A stretch of DNA of 63,196 nucleotides, counting the filler, from Octopus bimaculoides (lineage: Eukaryota): the NCBI RefSeq assembly GCF_001194135.2. It is 6 parts of 6 records of this genome, joined end to end, with 100 filler letters (N's around TTAATTAATTAA, not from the genome) between each part and the next. Parts side by side here need not be neighbours in the genome. Positions count along the whole stretch, not along the records: positions 61,269 to 63,196 come from NC_068991.1; 5 more parts are not named here. The stretch is one strand, 5' to 3'. Shown one piece after another: positions 61,586 to 63,196 of this stretch. Position numbers and translations under genes: made by a program. The notes below the pieces were generated by a model. It did no database searches and had not been told where the DNA came from. It saw only the letters and a program-made list of their open reading frames with translations. The stretch's first letter is position 1; the number at the start of each line of letters is the position of its first letter.

Positions 61586-62922
61586 GAAGTCAAAGTAAGA
61601 ATAAGCAATCAAACTAACAAATATCAATATTCGCTCTTTAGACATATGGCAAAGATTAGGCATACCGGAAACTGAAGTCTAGTAAAGCAAAAGACCACAT
61701 CTGTTGGTAGAAATGGAATTGCGGATATAATCGCAACCTATTCTTTGGTGCACCCAGTGAGAGATAGTAGTCTCAATTGTCATACAGCATAAGTTTCTCA
61801 ATCATTAATCTAGCTTAGTTGTGTCTGATCTAAATTATGAGTAAAGTTGAGTAATAACATTTCTTTGTAGCTTAGAGAACTTTAGTTTCAACATAGCATT
61901 TATGGAAATACACTTGTACAGGTAATCGTAATTTTGTGTAAAAATTCCCTCCAGAAAAAAAAAGTATATATATGGAACACAGAACTCTGTGTTTCAGAGG
62001 AACTAGTGAGAGACTAGAGAAAAGTATAGAAGAAGCTTCAGACAATGCGAAAAGGAAAATGAGGTGGTAGAGGCATTAAACCAAGCAATTGTTCAGTATA
62101 AGAAGAAAAAAATACAGTGGGCACTTGAAAATTGTCAAAAGGGAAAATGTACTATTCGTGCAGTCCTCTGAATCCATGCAGCACACAAAGAAGACCACGG
62201 CTCTGTTTTGCATTGACCACTCACTATAAACACTACATGAAAAGGCTCTGGCGGCCTGTGGATTTAAATACCGCATTACTTATATGGCCAGCCCTAATAT
62301 TCTGAATGGAAAGCACTACCGAAAAGTGATATGTATCCCCACTTTCTTACTCAACGTGAAAAAGTGCGTGGGAAAGGTCTTCGTTAGACTAGTGTGAAAA
62401 TACAAACCGGAATATTCGTGCCTTATCTATTTAATACCGTCTCATCCTATTGCGCTCTCAGATGTTTCTTTATAACAATGCCATTATCATGAATTAAAAA
62501 TTATAGTTAACGATGGAAAAACACACTTCTTTATGGTTCTACTTCAAACTGAAAATAACCAGGGAAAGTAAATATACGCACAAACAGACATAAATACTTA
62601 GAAATCTACTTATCCAGGCGCTTAGAGACACTCGGACATAATATATAAGTACATTTATGTAATGTAGTGCTTAAAGTGTACTTTAATCTATGCTCTTTCC
62701 TTATCTAAATCGTCTTCTTTTTCAGTCGCTATCGTATTTTCTCATGTATAGCATATCCTGTTCTCTTACTCAGGAACTTCTCTACTCACACACTCCAGAC
62801 TCATTCGTCTCTCAAACCCCACCTTAAACCAAGCTGTATCCATTGTCAATTCCCGGACATAGCTCTAACAGGGATTCACATTTCTTACTATTCTGAGGAA
62901 TTAGGGACTGGACAACTATCAA

Positions 62923-62975
<53 letters not shown>

Positions 62976-62977
62976 GT

Positions 62978-63196
62978 GGACGCGCAATGGGCCAGCGGTT
63001 TGGGCAGCGGACTCGCGGTCATAGGATCGCGGTTTCGATTCCCAGACCGGGTGTTGTGAGTGTTTATTGAGCGAAAAACACCTAAAGCTCCACGTGGCTC
63101 CGGCAGGGGATGGTGGCGAACCCTGCTATACTCTTCCACCACAACTTTCTCTCACTCTTACTTCCTGTTTCTGTTGTGCCTGTAATTCAAAGGGTC
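62978..63196 (+). mobile_element. tRNA(Arg-like)-derived SINE running off the right edge
   Basis: GGACGCGCAATGGGCCAGCGG..GGACTCGCGGTCATAGGATCGCGGTTTCGATTCCC; ends in the family E body motif cctgtaattcaaagggtc. Confidence 0.7.

Noticed and set aside
62040-62300. Purine-rich stretch with a short open frame (EKYRRSF..IRAVL*)
   Set aside because: No recognisable motif or splice pair; left unannotated.

Overview
AT-rich, microsatellite- and repeat-dense eukaryotic DNA with many N gaps. The repeat content and the protein look molluscan, most likely a coleoid cephalopod (Octopus); this species call is an inference. The only host gene I can support is vigilin (HDLBP, multi-KH RNA-binding protein) on the minus strand. 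Sixteen coding exons (22630 down to 300) with GT-AG boundaries splice into one stop-free 2325-nt frame (775 aa, N-terminus through KH9); the gene continues off the left edge. A candidate non-coding first exon lies near 27.0 kb. The rest is transposon relics: several tRNA-derived SINE families, RTE and RTE-BovB LINEs, a near-full-length R4/Dong-like element, CR1-, HERO-, Tx1- and Penelope-like fragments, mariner/maT remnants, piggyBac- and Tigger-like MITEs, and three long AT-rich foldbacks. Main leads: two vigilin codons (KH3 GxxG Arg, KH8 Ser) one A-to-G change from the conserved Gly, as restorative A-to-I editing would require; a (TAA)n tract hit by two LINEs, with a candidate 11-bp TSD around the R4-like element; a 5'-inverted RTE-BovB copy; head-to-tail SINE stacks; degenerate minimal hammerhead ribozymes. 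Exon coordinates were counted base by base. Repeat boundaries are approximate (about +/-20 bp) and family names come from motif recognition, not database searches.
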